Of a stretch of DNA of 64,000 nucleotides, positions 29,189 to 39,078 are shown one piece after another. A program made the position numbers and the translations under genes. Source of the DNA: OCS155 cluster bacterium AG-349-E07 (GTDB lineage Bacteria > Actinomycetota > Acidimicrobiia > Actinomarinales > Actinomarinaceae); assembly GCA_003281085.1 (NCBI GenBank), contig QCCZ01000001.1, positions 251,433 to 315,432 on the forward strand, read 5' to 3'. Position 1 is the first letter of the stretch, and each line of letters opens with the position of its first letter. The notes under the pieces were generated by a model. The model searched no databases and was not told the DNA's origin. It worked only from the letters and a program-made list of their open reading frames with translations.

Positions 29189-31337
29189 ATTAAAAAGCTT
29201 AAAGGGCAATGATTATGTTCTACTTCTATCTGCAGGAGCTTCTCTTGGTACATTATTTCTTTGGGGAGCCAGCTATATTTTTCCTGAAGGAGAGATAATT
29301 GAAGGAAGACGTGTTTTTGAAAATATTCCTAAAGTCCTTCAATATATATTTTATGTATTAAGTGCTTCTACTATTTACCTATCTGGTTATCTACTTTCTC
29401 TTAGAGTTAAAAACTGGACAAGAGGTAAAGAAGAAAAAAGAAATGTAAAATTTTCTGCTCGTCTTTGGAGCTTTTTTGATGGAATAACAATGAGAACAGT
29501 GCTTAGGTTTAAAGCTGCCGGACTAATGCATTCTTTAATATATATTGGTTTTCTTGGTTTGTTTGCTGGGACTATTACTCTTGAAATTCATCATTTAATG
29601 CCTCCTAAATGGAAGTTTCTACAAGGAACTACCTATATTGTTTATTCATTCCTTCTTGAGTTAGCAACTATAGCTTATCTAATCGGTCTTTTCTGGGCTT
29701 TAATAAGAAGATTAAGAGGCGCAGAATATCGAATACAAACAAAGACTACAGTTGATGATTATCTAACGTTATCTTTGTTAATTTTTATTGGTATATCAGG
29801 TGTTACTACAGAAGCTGGAAGAATTGCACTTGAAAATTTTCCAGATTACGAGAAGTGGTCATTTATTGGATATTTTGTAGCTGATTTCTTAAATCTATCA
29901 AACCCCGAGCTGTTTCATAGGGTTTCCTGGGTTTTGCACGTTGTTTCTTTCTTCGTGTTTTTGATTGCATTACCTATTTCTAAGTTACGCCATATTATTA
30001 CGTCACCAATAAACATGTTTATGTCACCTAAAGAGAGACACAAAGGCGCTATGAGAGATATTGGAAACTTACTAGAAGCAGAAGATATTGATAATGTTGG
30101 CACAGAAATAATTGACCATTTCACATGGAAACAACTTATGGACTTAGATGCTTGCACAGTTTGCGGAAGATGTACTTCAGTATGTCCAGCAAATCAAACA
30201 GGTAAATCTCTTGATCCAAGAGAGATAATCTTAAAAGTAGGGCAAGTAATGTCTGAATCTGGAGATCCTGCTGTTCCAGCAACTATCAGCACGCCAGGAC
30301 CCCTAAAAGTAAATTCATCAAATGTTTTTGAAAGAATAACCTCAGAAGAAGTCTGGGCCTGTACTTCGTGTAGAGCTTGTGATGAAATATGTCCTGTAAA
30401 TATAGAAATTTTGGACAAGATACTTGATATGAGAAGACATCTAGCTTTGATGGAATCAGATTTTCCATCAGAACTTGGTAAAGCTTATGTTGCAATGGAG
30501 AATTCATCTAACCCTTGGGGGGCATCACAAAACGATCGTTTGAAGTGGACGGAAGATCTTGATTTTGAGGTACCTGTTATTGATGAATCGAACTCTGAAG
30601 AATACGATTATTTATACTGGATCGGATGTGCCGGAGCTTTCGACGATAGAAATGTGCCTGTGACAAAAGCTGTTGCGACACTTTTAAAGCGAGCTGGAGT
30701 ATCGTACGCTGTTTTGGGGCCCAAGGAAGTTTGTACGGGAGATTCTGCACGAAGAACAGGTAATGAATTTGTTTTTCAACAACTTGCGATACAAAATATT
30801 GAAAACATGAACAATCTAAAAGTAGATAAGATCATTACACAGTGTCCACACTGTTTTAATACCATCGCAAATGAATATCCTCAACTTGGCGGCGAGTATA
30901 AAGTTATTCATCACAGTCAATTACTAACAGAACTTGTTCAGTCTGGGAGAATAGAAGTTGGAACGAGTGACAAGCCTTACAAAATTACATATCACGATTC
31001 ATGTTACTTAGGTCGGCATAATGACATTTATACAGCACCGAGAGAAATCGTTGGCTCAATTGGTGGAATAGAAATTAGAGAAATGAAGCGCCAAGGAACC
31101 CAGAGCTTTTGTTGTGGTGCTGGCGGTGGAAGAATGTGGATGGAAGAGTCTGTTGGCAAAAAAGTAAATGTTGAAAGATCTCAAGAAGCAATTGAGACCG
31201 GTGCTGATGAAGTTGCAGTTGCTTGTCCATTCTGCTACATAATGATGGATGACGGTGTTAAAGAGCTTGGATATGGGGATAACGTAAGAGTTAGAGACGT
31301 GTCTTTAATACTTTTAGACAACCTCAAAAAAGACTAA
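29181..31337 (+). CDS. Membrane-bound Fe-S oxidoreductase (FadF/EtfD/HdrD-like, CCG domains)
   Basis: N-terminal TM region with His residues, CTVCGRCTSVCP and CTSCRACDEICP ferredoxin motifs, YHDSCYLGR, CCGAGGG. Confidence 0.9.
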   Translation: MNKLKSLKGNDYVLLLSAGASLGTLFLWGASYIFPEGEIIEGRRVFENIPKVLQYIFYVLSASTIYLSGYLLSLRVKNWTRGKEEKRNVKFSARLWSFFDGITMRTVLRFKAAGLMHSLIYIGFLGLFAGTITLEIHHLMPPKWKFLQGTTYIVYSFLLELATIAYLIGLFWALIRRLRGAEYRIQTKTTVDDYLTLSLLIFIGISGVTTEAGRIALENFPDYEKWSFIGYFVADFLNLSNPELFHRVSWVLHVVSFFVFLIALPISKLRHIITSPINMFMSPKERHKGAMRDIGNLLEAEDIDNVGTEIIDHFTWKQLMDLDACTVCGRCTSVCPANQTGKSLDPREIILKVGQVMSESGDPAVPATISTPGPLKVNSSNVFERITSEEVWACTSCRACDEICPVNIEILDKILDMRRHLALMESDFPSELGKAYVAMENSSNPWGASQNDRLKWTEDLDFEVPVIDESNSEEYDYLYWIGCAGAFDDRNVPVTKAVATLLKRAGVSYAVLGPKEVCTGDSARRTGNEFVFQQLAIQNIENMNNLKVDKIITQCPHCFNTIANEYPQLGGEYKVIHHSQLLTELVQSGRIEVGTSDKPYKITYHDSCYLGRHNDIYTAPREIVGSIGGIEIREMKRQGTQSFCCGAGGGRMWMEESVGKKVNVERSQEAIETGADEVAVACPFCYIMMDDGVKELGYGDNVRVRDVSLILLDNLKKD

Positions 31338-31651
31338 GAATTTTTTCCCATAAAAAAATGTGCAATATCCCCATTTGATTTATTAATGCTATAAATCACG
31401 TATATTGCAGTAGTAAGGTTGCCTAAAATTAAAACAAAAAATGACCATATAATTGTTGCAGACAAAGACTCTTTATAAGCAATCCACAAGCAAACTAGAA
31501 TAAATCCACCATAAAGATCTACAAGAGAAACTATACCCCATGGTAAATCTGGAATAGGAGAGTCAAATAAAGAAACTTGATTTTGTGCCCAAATTATTAC
31601 TCCTATCATTGAGACACTTATAAAGTATGAAATTAATTTTGTTATAGTCAT
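31334..31651 (-). CDS. DUF1475-like small membrane protein
   Basis: PWGIVSLVDLYGGF, WIAYKE, LGN motifs. Confidence 0.75.
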   Translation of the reverse strand: MTITKLISYFISVSMIGVIIWAQNQVSLFDSPIPDLPWGIVSLVDLYGGFILVCLWIAYKESLSATIIWSFFVLILGNLTTAIYVIYSINKSNGDIAHFFMGKNS

Positions 31652-31680
31652 TAAGTAGATTTTAAATAAATCAAAAAAAA

Positions 31681-32307
31681 ATGAATGATAAAAAAATAAT
31701 ATCCCGCATATTACGTCTTGATAAAGAGATTTATAACGAGCTTTTAGTTCAGGATGGAGCTTTTCAAAAATCTATTGCTATCTTTGTAAGCACGACAATT
31801 TTAGTCACTATGAGTGGCTTTAGATTTCTTTCAGGTCTGTTAGATTATTTACAAGAAAACTTAATTTTATTTCAACAGGATTTTCAACAAGAATTTTCTC
31901 AAGAAGAATTTAATTTGTTTCAATCATTGATTGAAGAGTTGCAAACTTTTATAAACTCTTCAGACAGTACTACTTCATTATTTTCATCGGCCTTCTCATC
32001 TCTCGTTGCCACAGTTACAGGATTAGTGATAATTTACTTAATACTCAGATTTCTTTTCAGGAAAGATCCAATTCCTAAAGATCTTCTAATGATCAATTTT
32101 TTTGCTTCAACTCCATGCTTGCTTGTCGTGCCTGCACTATTTGTCTCGTCAATTTTTCTTCAGGGTTTTTTAATTTTGATAGTTTCAATATATTCAATTG
32201 TTTCTTTTGGTTCAGGGCTAAAACAAGTTTATATGTTGAGAAATATTGAAGTCATACTATTAATTGTTTCATTAACGTTTGGTACAAGTATTTTAGGTGG
32301 TGCATAG
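31681..32307 (+). CDS. Hypothetical multi-TM protein (Yip1-like topology)
   Basis: About 5 hydrophobic segments; N-terminal RILRLDKEIYNEL. Confidence 0.6.
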   Translation: MNDKKIISRILRLDKEIYNELLVQDGAFQKSIAIFVSTTILVTMSGFRFLSGLLDYLQENLILFQQDFQQEFSQEEFNLFQSLIEELQTFINSSDSTTSLFSSAFSSLVATVTGLVIIYLILRFLFRKDPIPKDLLMINFFASTPCLLVVPALFVSSIFLQGFLILIVSIYSIVSFGSGLKQVYMLRNIEVILLIVSLTFGTSILGGA

Positions 32308-32308
32308 A

Positions 32309-32905
32309 ATGAATGCAGGAGTTATACTCGCTGCTGGTGACTCAACAAGAATGGGATTTCCTAAGCAGCTTGCTGAAGTTAAAAACAAGCCATTATTAGA
32401 ACTTGTAATTGAAAAAGTAAACACCTACTTTGAGTTATCTACTGTAGTTCTGGGGTCCGAAAATGAAATTATTGAAGAAAAAATAAATTTTTATAATTCA
32501 AATATTTTAATAAATGAAAACTGGGAAGAAGGAATAGTTTCATCAATTAGAACAGCTCTATTTTTCTATCAAGAACAAAAGCAAATAGAAAATCTTATAT
32601 TTTTTTTGGGAGACCAACCTGAAGTAAGGGATGAAGTGATCATTGCTTTACAAAATAATGAAATGGACAACTCAAAAATATTAATTCCTCAATATAGATA
32701 CAAGTTGGGTTTTCCAGTTTTAGTCCCGCGTCTATTTTGGTCAAAGTTAGAATTATTGACACAAGATGATCCTGGTGAATTTGAAATTTCAGCATATAAA
32801 GATTTTGATCTAATCGATTATTTTGTTTCATCTGAGGTAAAAATTGAAAAACTTAATTTTAATTTTCTTGGTCCAACGGATTATGACGAAGAAAAAGATT
32901 TTTGA
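32309..32905 (+). CDS. NTP_transf_3 nucleotidyltransferase (MocA/YgfJ-like)
   Basis: GVILAAGDSTRMGFPKQL, NENWEEGIVSSI, LGDQP, GFPV; ATG 32309 preferred, track start 32297. Confidence 0.85.
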   Translation: MNAGVILAAGDSTRMGFPKQLAEVKNKPLLELVIEKVNTYFELSTVVLGSENEIIEEKINFYNSNILINENWEEGIVSSIRTALFFYQEQKQIENLIFFLGDQPEVRDEVIIALQNNEMDNSKILIPQYRYKLGFPVLVPRLFWSKLELLTQDDPGEFEISAYKDFDLIDYFVSSEVKIEKLNFNFLGPTDYDEEKDF

Positions 32906-32968
32906 GAGTGGGAAAATCTCTTAAAAAAAAGCATTTGTTTATAAAATAAATTTTGTAAAATCAAAAAC

Positions 32969-33373
32969 ATGAATTCAATTGATTCGATAAATGGCATGAC
33001 TCATACTGAGGCAACAAAATTAAGAAGAGCAAGAGTCAGAACAACAACAACATTCCTTCAGATAGCTTCATCTAGATCTGGAAGGGCTTTATTGACAAAA
33101 GAGACAGGGATTAGCTCACCAAAGCTTCTTCACTGGGCAAGAAGAGCTGAACTGATGAAAATTAAAGACCTGGGTAGAGATTATGCTGACTTATTAGAAG
33201 CAGTTGGTGTTGAAAGCGTTTCTGAATTAAGAAGACGCAACCCTGAATCATTGCATGAATCAATGCAAAAAATAAATATTAAAGCCAAAATTGTTGAAAG
33301 AATGCCTTCAATTAAAAGAGTTAATAGATGGATAGAAGATTCTCAGCATATAGAAATTAAGGTTTCTTCTTAA
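32969..33373 (+). CDS. DUF4332 family protein (HhH-like)
   Basis: LLHWARRAELMKIKDLGRDYADLLEAVGVESVSELRRRNP. Confidence 0.85.
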   Translation: MNSIDSINGMTHTEATKLRRARVRTTTTFLQIASSRSGRALLTKETGISSPKLLHWARRAELMKIKDLGRDYADLLEAVGVESVSELRRRNPESLHESMQKINIKAKIVERMPSIKRVNRWIEDSQHIEIKVSS

Positions 33374-33399
33374 TAACAATAAGAATCTATCATTAAAGT

Positions 33400-35106
33400 G
33401 TGGATAAAAAAACTATAAGAATAACAGGTGCTCAATGTTCTTTTTCGGTGGGTGCAATTCAAGAAAACAAAGAAACTATACTTAATTGTTTTGAAGAAGC
33501 TGAATCAGTAGAATCAGACATCGTTATTTTTCCAGAGCTAGCAATTACAGGATACCCACCAGAAGATTTGTTACTTCGTGAAAGTTTTATTGGTAAAAAT
33601 TTTGCAGTACTGGAGGAGATCGCAGCTTTTTCATCTCACACAAGTGGAGTTATTGGTTTTGTTGATAGAAAGAACGATCCCCACAATCAAGACAATAATA
33701 AACGGACGATAGCCAATGCTGCTGCAATTGTGCAGAATGGAGACGTTAGAGGAATATATCATAAATCATTTTTACCAAATTATTCAGTTTTTGATGAAGC
33801 TAGATATTTTTCCAAAGGCACAGAACCGAATACTTTATTTTGGTATGACGACATTGCTATTGGGATTAATATTTGTGAAGATATTTGGATTGAAGACGGA
33901 CCAGCAGAAGAGCAAGTGAAACAAGGTGCATCACTAATTATAAATATAAATGCATCACCTTATGATATTCATAAAAGCGAAACTCGAAAAGAAATAGTCA
34001 TGAAAAAGGCATTAAAACTAAATGTACCAATAATATATTTGAACATGGTGGGTGGTCAAGATGAACTAGTTTTTGACGGAGGTTCGTTTGTTGTAAATGA
34101 CCTTGGTGAAATTATCTACCAGGCCTCAAGTTTCAAAGAAGAAGTATTCCACTTAGATATTGATTTAAAAACTAATAAACAAAATGACAAATCTCCTCTA
34201 ATAATCAGGCCAAAAACAATTGAATTGAAAGATGTTGAAAGCAAGGCTTCATTGAGTAAGAATGAATCTATTTATTCTGCGTTAAAATTGGGACTTAAAG
34301 ACTATGTAAGAAAGAATAAATTTACAAAAGTATTAATAGGTATTTCAGGTGGAATTGATTCAGCTTTGACTGCTGCAATTTGTGTTGATGCATTAGGCGC
34401 AGAAAATGTAATTGGAGTAGCTATGCCCTCTAAATATAATTCCAAAGACTCTTTAGACGATGCAATTAAACTATCAGATAATTTAGGAATAACTCTAAAA
34501 ACAATTGAGATCGAAAAAATAGTAGATGATTTTAGAGAAACTCTTACGAATTCTCTCAATGAAGATCTTGGGCAAATAACTGATGAAAATATTCAATCAA
34601 GGGTTAGAGGTAATATTTTAATGGGATTATCTAACCAAACCGGTGCAATGGTTGTTTCTACTGGTAATAAATCAGAAATGGCAGTTGGCTATTCTACTCT
34701 TTATGGCGATCTTGCTGGTGGATTCGCATTGATAAAGGATTTATATAAAACTAAAGTTTATGAATTATCAAACTACATAAATTCAATTTCTGATGCTATA
34801 CCAAAAAACATTATCACTAAAGAGCCAAGCGCAGAACTTCGCCCTAATCAGTTTGATAGCGATGCACTTCCTGATTATGAAGTACTCGATAAAATATTGA
34901 ATCTTTATATTGAGGAAGATAGTTCGTCTGAAAAAATTATCGCTTCAGGAGTTAATCCAGATTTAGTATTTGATGTTCTTGAAAAAGTAGATAGAAATGA
35001 ATATAAAAGAAAACAAGTTGCACCTGGAGTAAAGCTCACTCAAAAAGCTTTTGGAAAGGACAGAAGAATGCCTATTACAAACACATACATAAGACAAAAG
35101 GAATAA
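33400..35106 (+). CDS. nadE: Glutamine-dependent NAD+ synthetase
   Basis: FPEL..GYPPEDL, ICEDIW nitrilase domain; SGGIDS, NIQSR, TGNKSE. Confidence 0.97.
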   Translation: MDKKTIRITGAQCSFSVGAIQENKETILNCFEEAESVESDIVIFPELAITGYPPEDLLLRESFIGKNFAVLEEIAAFSSHTSGVIGFVDRKNDPHNQDNNKRTIANAAAIVQNGDVRGIYHKSFLPNYSVFDEARYFSKGTEPNTLFWYDDIAIGINICEDIWIEDGPAEEQVKQGASLIININASPYDIHKSETRKEIVMKKALKLNVPIIYLNMVGGQDELVFDGGSFVVNDLGEIIYQASSFKEEVFHLDIDLKTNKQNDKSPLIIRPKTIELKDVESKASLSKNESIYSALKLGLKDYVRKNKFTKVLIGISGGIDSALTAAICVDALGAENVIGVAMPSKYNSKDSLDDAIKLSDNLGITLKTIEIEKIVDDFRETLTNSLNEDLGQITDENIQSRVRGNILMGLSNQTGAMVVSTGNKSEMAVGYSTLYGDLAGGFALIKDLYKTKVYELSNYINSISDAIPKNIITKEPSAELRPNQFDSDALPDYEVLDKILNLYIEEDSSSEKIIASGVNPDLVFDVLEKVDRNEYKRKQVAPGVKLTQKAFGKDRRMPITNTYIRQKE

Positions 35107-35107
35107 A

Positions 35108-35923
35108 ATGTATTTGATTGACGGGGTCCAAGTTGAAAAAGAAAATTTCATTCTTCCTGTAGAAAATATTGGAGTATGGAGAGGCGATGGAATTTTTGAA
35201 GCAATAAGAATTCATAAAGGTTATCCGTTTGGAATAGATTTACACATTGAAAGATTCAAAAATTCTGCTTCCAAGGTATTTTTTAAAGATATAAATTTTG
35301 AGAAGATAAAAAAAGATATTTTATTTGTGGCAGAAAATTTTCAAAATGGATATGTTAGGACGTTAATTTTAAGAAATGAAAAAGATTCATTTAATGTATT
35401 TTGCTTTTATCAGCCACCTATAGATGTACCAGCATATTTTACTTTACAAACTCAAAAAGCCTACTGGCAGAGTGGTGGAGACTTTATTGAACAAGATGTA
35501 TTCAACGTTGGTACAAAATCTACATCGTACGCAATGAACATAAGTCATACAAGACAAGCTGAATTAAATGGGTATACGGATGCTTTATTAGTTAATAGAG
35601 AAAACATCATTCTTGAAGGTCCTACTTGGACTTTTGGGTGGATATTGAATGATAAAATACACGTACCAGACCTAGATCTTGGGATCCTAGATTCAATAAC
35701 TCGAAAATATTTAATTCGCTTTGGAGAAGAAAAAAAGCTAGATGTATCTATCGGACGTTTAGCTGAAGACGAATTAGACGCTATACAATGTGGTTTTGTA
35801 TTATCTACCGCAAAACATGCGATACCTGTATCTAGAATAAATAAAATAGACTACTCTCACCACCCCTTAATTAATGAAATTCAAAAAACTTTTAAAAACC
35901 AAGTAAGTATTGAGCGCCCTTAA
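35108..35923 (+). CDS. PLP-dependent aminotransferase class IV (IlvE/PabC-like)
   Basis: RGDGIFE, HIERF, KSTSYAMN, LEGPT, ILDSITR. Confidence 0.88.
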   Translation: MYLIDGVQVEKENFILPVENIGVWRGDGIFEAIRIHKGYPFGIDLHIERFKNSASKVFFKDINFEKIKKDILFVAENFQNGYVRTLILRNEKDSFNVFCFYQPPIDVPAYFTLQTQKAYWQSGGDFIEQDVFNVGTKSTSYAMNISHTRQAELNGYTDALLVNRENIILEGPTWTFGWILNDKIHVPDLDLGILDSITRKYLIRFGEEKKLDVSIGRLAEDELDAIQCGFVLSTAKHAIPVSRINKIDYSHHPLINEIQKTFKNQVSIERP

Positions 35924-35934
35924 AAGGAGGTGGA

Positions 35935-36975
35935 ATGAGATTAACTGAGTACTCACATGGTGCTGGTTGAGCATGTAAGCTCTCACAAAAAGAGCTTGCT
36001 CAGGTACTGACGCATTTTAGACAACAAAATAATTCCAATACTTCACAAATACTGGTTGGTCTAGATTCGCCTGACGATGGAGGTGTAATTGATATTGGTA
36101 ATGGAATCAGAATAGTTCAGACTGTAGACTTTTTTACACCTATATTGGATAACCCATTTGATTGGGGAAGAGTTGCAGCCGCTAACGCATTATCTGATAT
36201 TTATGCAATGGGTGGAACCCCAATATCTTCCTTACAGCTTGTTTCATGGCCAAGAGAAGATTTAAGTTTTGAAATATTGTCTGAAGTAATAAAAGGTGGT
36301 TTAGAGACTATGCAAAGTGTTGGTTGTAACATCATTGGAGGACACAGTATCGACGACAAAGAGCCAAAGTATGGTTTTGCTGTAACAGGAATAATCAATG
36401 ATGTTATTTATAAAAAAAGAAATCTTCAAGTAGGCGATAAACTTTTTTTGACTAAACCTTTAGGTTCTGGAATTATCTCTTCCGCTATAAAAAAGAATAT
36501 AGCAAGTGAAAAAGCGATATCTGAAGCAACTGAAGTGATGACAACATTGAATGACAAAGCACTAGAAGCTGCCAGAGAATTAAATGCAAATGCAATAACA
36601 GATGTCACTGGTTTTGGACTATTAGGGCACTTAATAGAAATGATTGGAGATTCTGAAGTTACAGTAAATATATATTTAGATAATGTACCAGTTATAGAAC
36701 ATGCAAAAGAATATTTCAACAATGGAGTTTATCCTTCTGGGTCTAAAAGAAATTTTGATTCAGCTAAAGAAAATATAATTTATAACGATGATCAAGAATC
36801 TTTTGTAAAAATATTATCAGATGCTCAAACAAGTGGTGGTTTACTAATTTCAGCACCAAATGACAACTCAATAGATTTAGATGATATATCTGACAGACTT
36901 GGACTAAATATATGGGAAATTGGAGATATTGTTTCTAGATATAAAAATAAAGTCAATATCATTAATAGCAAATGA
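35935..36975 (+). CDS. selD: Selenide,water dikinase, selenocysteine-containing (TGA 35968-35970), 346 aa
   Basis: AGGAGG SD; MRLTEYSHGAG-U-ACKL, then DDGGV, VQTVDFFTPI, AANALSDIYAMGG, GGHS, TDVTGFGLLGH, DAQTSGGLL, all in frame with track ORF 36145..36975. Confidence 0.96.
35977..36014 (+). promoter_or_regulatory. Candidate SECIS region of selD
   Basis: Hairpin AAGCTCT-CACAAAA-AGAGCTT (35977-35997) and TGC-TCAG-GTA-CTGA-c-GCA (35997-36014), the latter resembling the CAGGTCTG apical element of E. coli fdhF. Confidence 0.5.
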
Positions 36976-37895
36976 TAAAAACAATTACTAAATTTTTTGC
37001 TTTTGCGACAATCTTGAAAAACTTGCTTGAAACAAAAAAGGGAGATATTTCTGGTAATACTCAAATTCATCCAAGTAAGTTTCCTGGCAGAACTATTTTT
37101 GTAAGGGAAAAAGAGTATTTTATTAGAGAATCATATGTAGACGGAACAACCCCTATTGTTTTTTTGCATAGCTGGGGGACTGATTCGTTAGGTAGTTGGT
37201 TTAAAGTATTGCCAAAAATAAAAAATAAAAATTCATTTATTGCAATTGATTTAAGAAATCATGGAAAGTCAGATTCAAGTTGGAAAAGATGGGACGTAGA
37301 CGAAAATGCAGATCTGGTTATAAGCATTCTAGAAAAACTTGGTATAGAAGAGTGTGATATTGTTGGTTGGTCGATGGGAAGCGCTGTTGGAATGTCTGTT
37401 GCTAGAAAAAAACAATCCTTAATTAGAAAATTAGTTTTAATAACCCCATTTAGCTGGCTAGGCGGTGCTGTTTATAGTGATAAATTAGCATTTAAGGTTT
37501 TCATAAGTTTTGTAAGAATTCGAGAAAGACTTTTTCCAAATTTTAATCCTAGATCAAAATTTTCTTTCTTAAGGAAATCCCAATCTATTGAAGATGAGTA
37601 CACAGAGTGGGCATGGAATAATCTACATAGGTCAAAAGATGACTTTATATATGGTGATGGAGGAAGGTTCGTTGTACCTTATGATGCAAGACCATGGATT
37701 CATGAAATACATTCTGAAACCTTGGTCATTACTGGTGGCAAAGATAAACTAGTCCCTGAAGAAACATCTAATGAAGTGATAAATCGTTTAAATACTGTCA
37801 AATCGAAAGTTATTAATGATGCTGGTCATTCTGTTCCGTGGACTCACGCAGATGAACTATTAGAAGAGATTAATAGCTTTTTAAACAATGAATAA
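36972..37895 (+). CDS. Alpha/beta hydrolase
   Basis: FLHSWG, IDLRNHG, GWSMG nucleophile elbow, GGKD, AGH. Confidence 0.9.
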   Translation: MIKTITKFFAFATILKNLLETKKGDISGNTQIHPSKFPGRTIFVREKEYFIRESYVDGTTPIVFLHSWGTDSLGSWFKVLPKIKNKNSFIAIDLRNHGKSDSSWKRWDVDENADLVISILEKLGIEECDIVGWSMGSAVGMSVARKKQSLIRKLVLITPFSWLGGAVYSDKLAFKVFISFVRIRERLFPNFNPRSKFSFLRKSQSIEDEYTEWAWNNLHRSKDDFIYGDGGRFVVPYDARPWIHEIHSETLVITGGKDKLVPEETSNEVINRLNTVKSKVINDAGHSVPWTHADELLEEINSFLNNE

Positions 37896-39021
37896 AGTTT
37901 TATTTGTTTCTCCAACTGTTTATTCCAATCCTGTAACAAAAGATATTCAAAAAAAATTTCAATCTCTCTCTAAAGTTTGTAATCCTATAGTTTATGCATT
38001 CAGTGAGGAAAAGTTTAGAACTAGTGTTGAAGGTGTTGAAGCTATGTTTAATAAAAAAAATAAAAATAGGTTTTTAAATTATCTTAAAATTATATTTCTA
38101 TTCTTTTTCAAGATCCCAAAAATAGTAAAAGACCAAAATATAGATATTGTTTGTTTGCAAGACCCTATTACTGGTTTCTTTACAATCTTTTCTTTAAAGA
38201 TTAGAAAATCACCTGTAAAAATTGTAGTTGAAACCCATGGAGATTTTATCGACACGATTGGATTGGAAAAAAATTTATTGCTACCAAAATTTTATACTTC
38301 AATATTTAGCTACCTAGCAAAATATTCAATCAAAAAAGCAGATTTAATTAGATCTATCTCCGACTTTACAGAAAAACAAGTTTTAAATTTTGGATATCAA
38401 GGACTATTTGTTCGTTTTCCTGCATGGATAAATATTGATAATTATCTAAATACTGATATTCAAAGATCATACTCAGATACATTTAAAATAATATTTGTAG
38501 GGAGTGTTACAGATAGAAAGAATCCAAAGATAATCATTGAGTCACTTGAGACAATTGATGGGGATGTTTCATTGGAAATAATTGGACAAACACCTAATTT
38601 AAAATATCTGAAAGAATTAAACAATCTCATTTCTAGCTCTAAGTATTCAGAGAGAATAACTATGACACCTTTTATCGAAGCTGAACAATTAATTTCAAAA
38701 TATGCATCAGCAAATTTATTTATTTTGCCTTCTAAATCTGAAGGATTAGGTAGGGTAGTAATTGAAGCACAAGCCACAGCATGTCCCGTCTTAGTTTCAA
38801 GCAACACCGGAATGGTCGATTTAATTATTGAAAATGAAACTGGTTATATATTTGAAAACAACAATAAAAATGATTTATCAAACAAAATTCAATACATTAT
38901 GAACAATTATGAAAGTGCTTTACAAACAGGATTGAATTCTAAAAACTTTATTAAAGAAAACCAAAGTGTTGCCAATTTCGAGTTTGGTTACAAAAAACTA
39001 ATTGACTTAGTCTCTATATAA
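37888..39021 (+). CDS. GT4 family glycosyltransferase
   Basis: FVGSVTDRK, FILPSKSEGLGRVVIEAQA (E-x7-E), ETGYIF. Confidence 0.9.
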   Translation: MNKVLFVSPTVYSNPVTKDIQKKFQSLSKVCNPIVYAFSEEKFRTSVEGVEAMFNKKNKNRFLNYLKIIFLFFFKIPKIVKDQNIDIVCLQDPITGFFTIFSLKIRKSPVKIVVETHGDFIDTIGLEKNLLLPKFYTSIFSYLAKYSIKKADLIRSISDFTEKQVLNFGYQGLFVRFPAWINIDNYLNTDIQRSYSDTFKIIFVGSVTDRKNPKIIIESLETIDGDVSLEIIGQTPNLKYLKELNNLISSSKYSERITMTPFIEAEQLISKYASANLFILPSKSEGLGRVVIEAQATACPVLVSSNTGMVDLIIENETGYIFENNNKNDLSNKIQYIMNNYESALQTGLNSKNFIKENQSVANFEFGYKKLIDLVSI

Positions 39022-39078
39022 TTTAGCTTTACTTAACCCAATTATTAAATTGTCTGCCTTTATTGCTATTCTTAAGGC

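Noticed and set aside
32309-32905. MocA-like gene as part of a selenium-dependent molybdenum hydroxylase cluster with selD
   Set aside because: Separated from selD by three unrelated genes; no yqeB, yqeC or xdh genes in the window
35935-36144. selD and Rdx as pseudogenes with premature stops, or genome-wide TGA reassignment
   Set aside because: Each TGA sits exactly at the catalytic Cys/Sec position, a UCA tRNA with Sec features is present, Trp is encoded by TGG, and TGA is used as a normal stop elsewhere (384, 6245, 32905)
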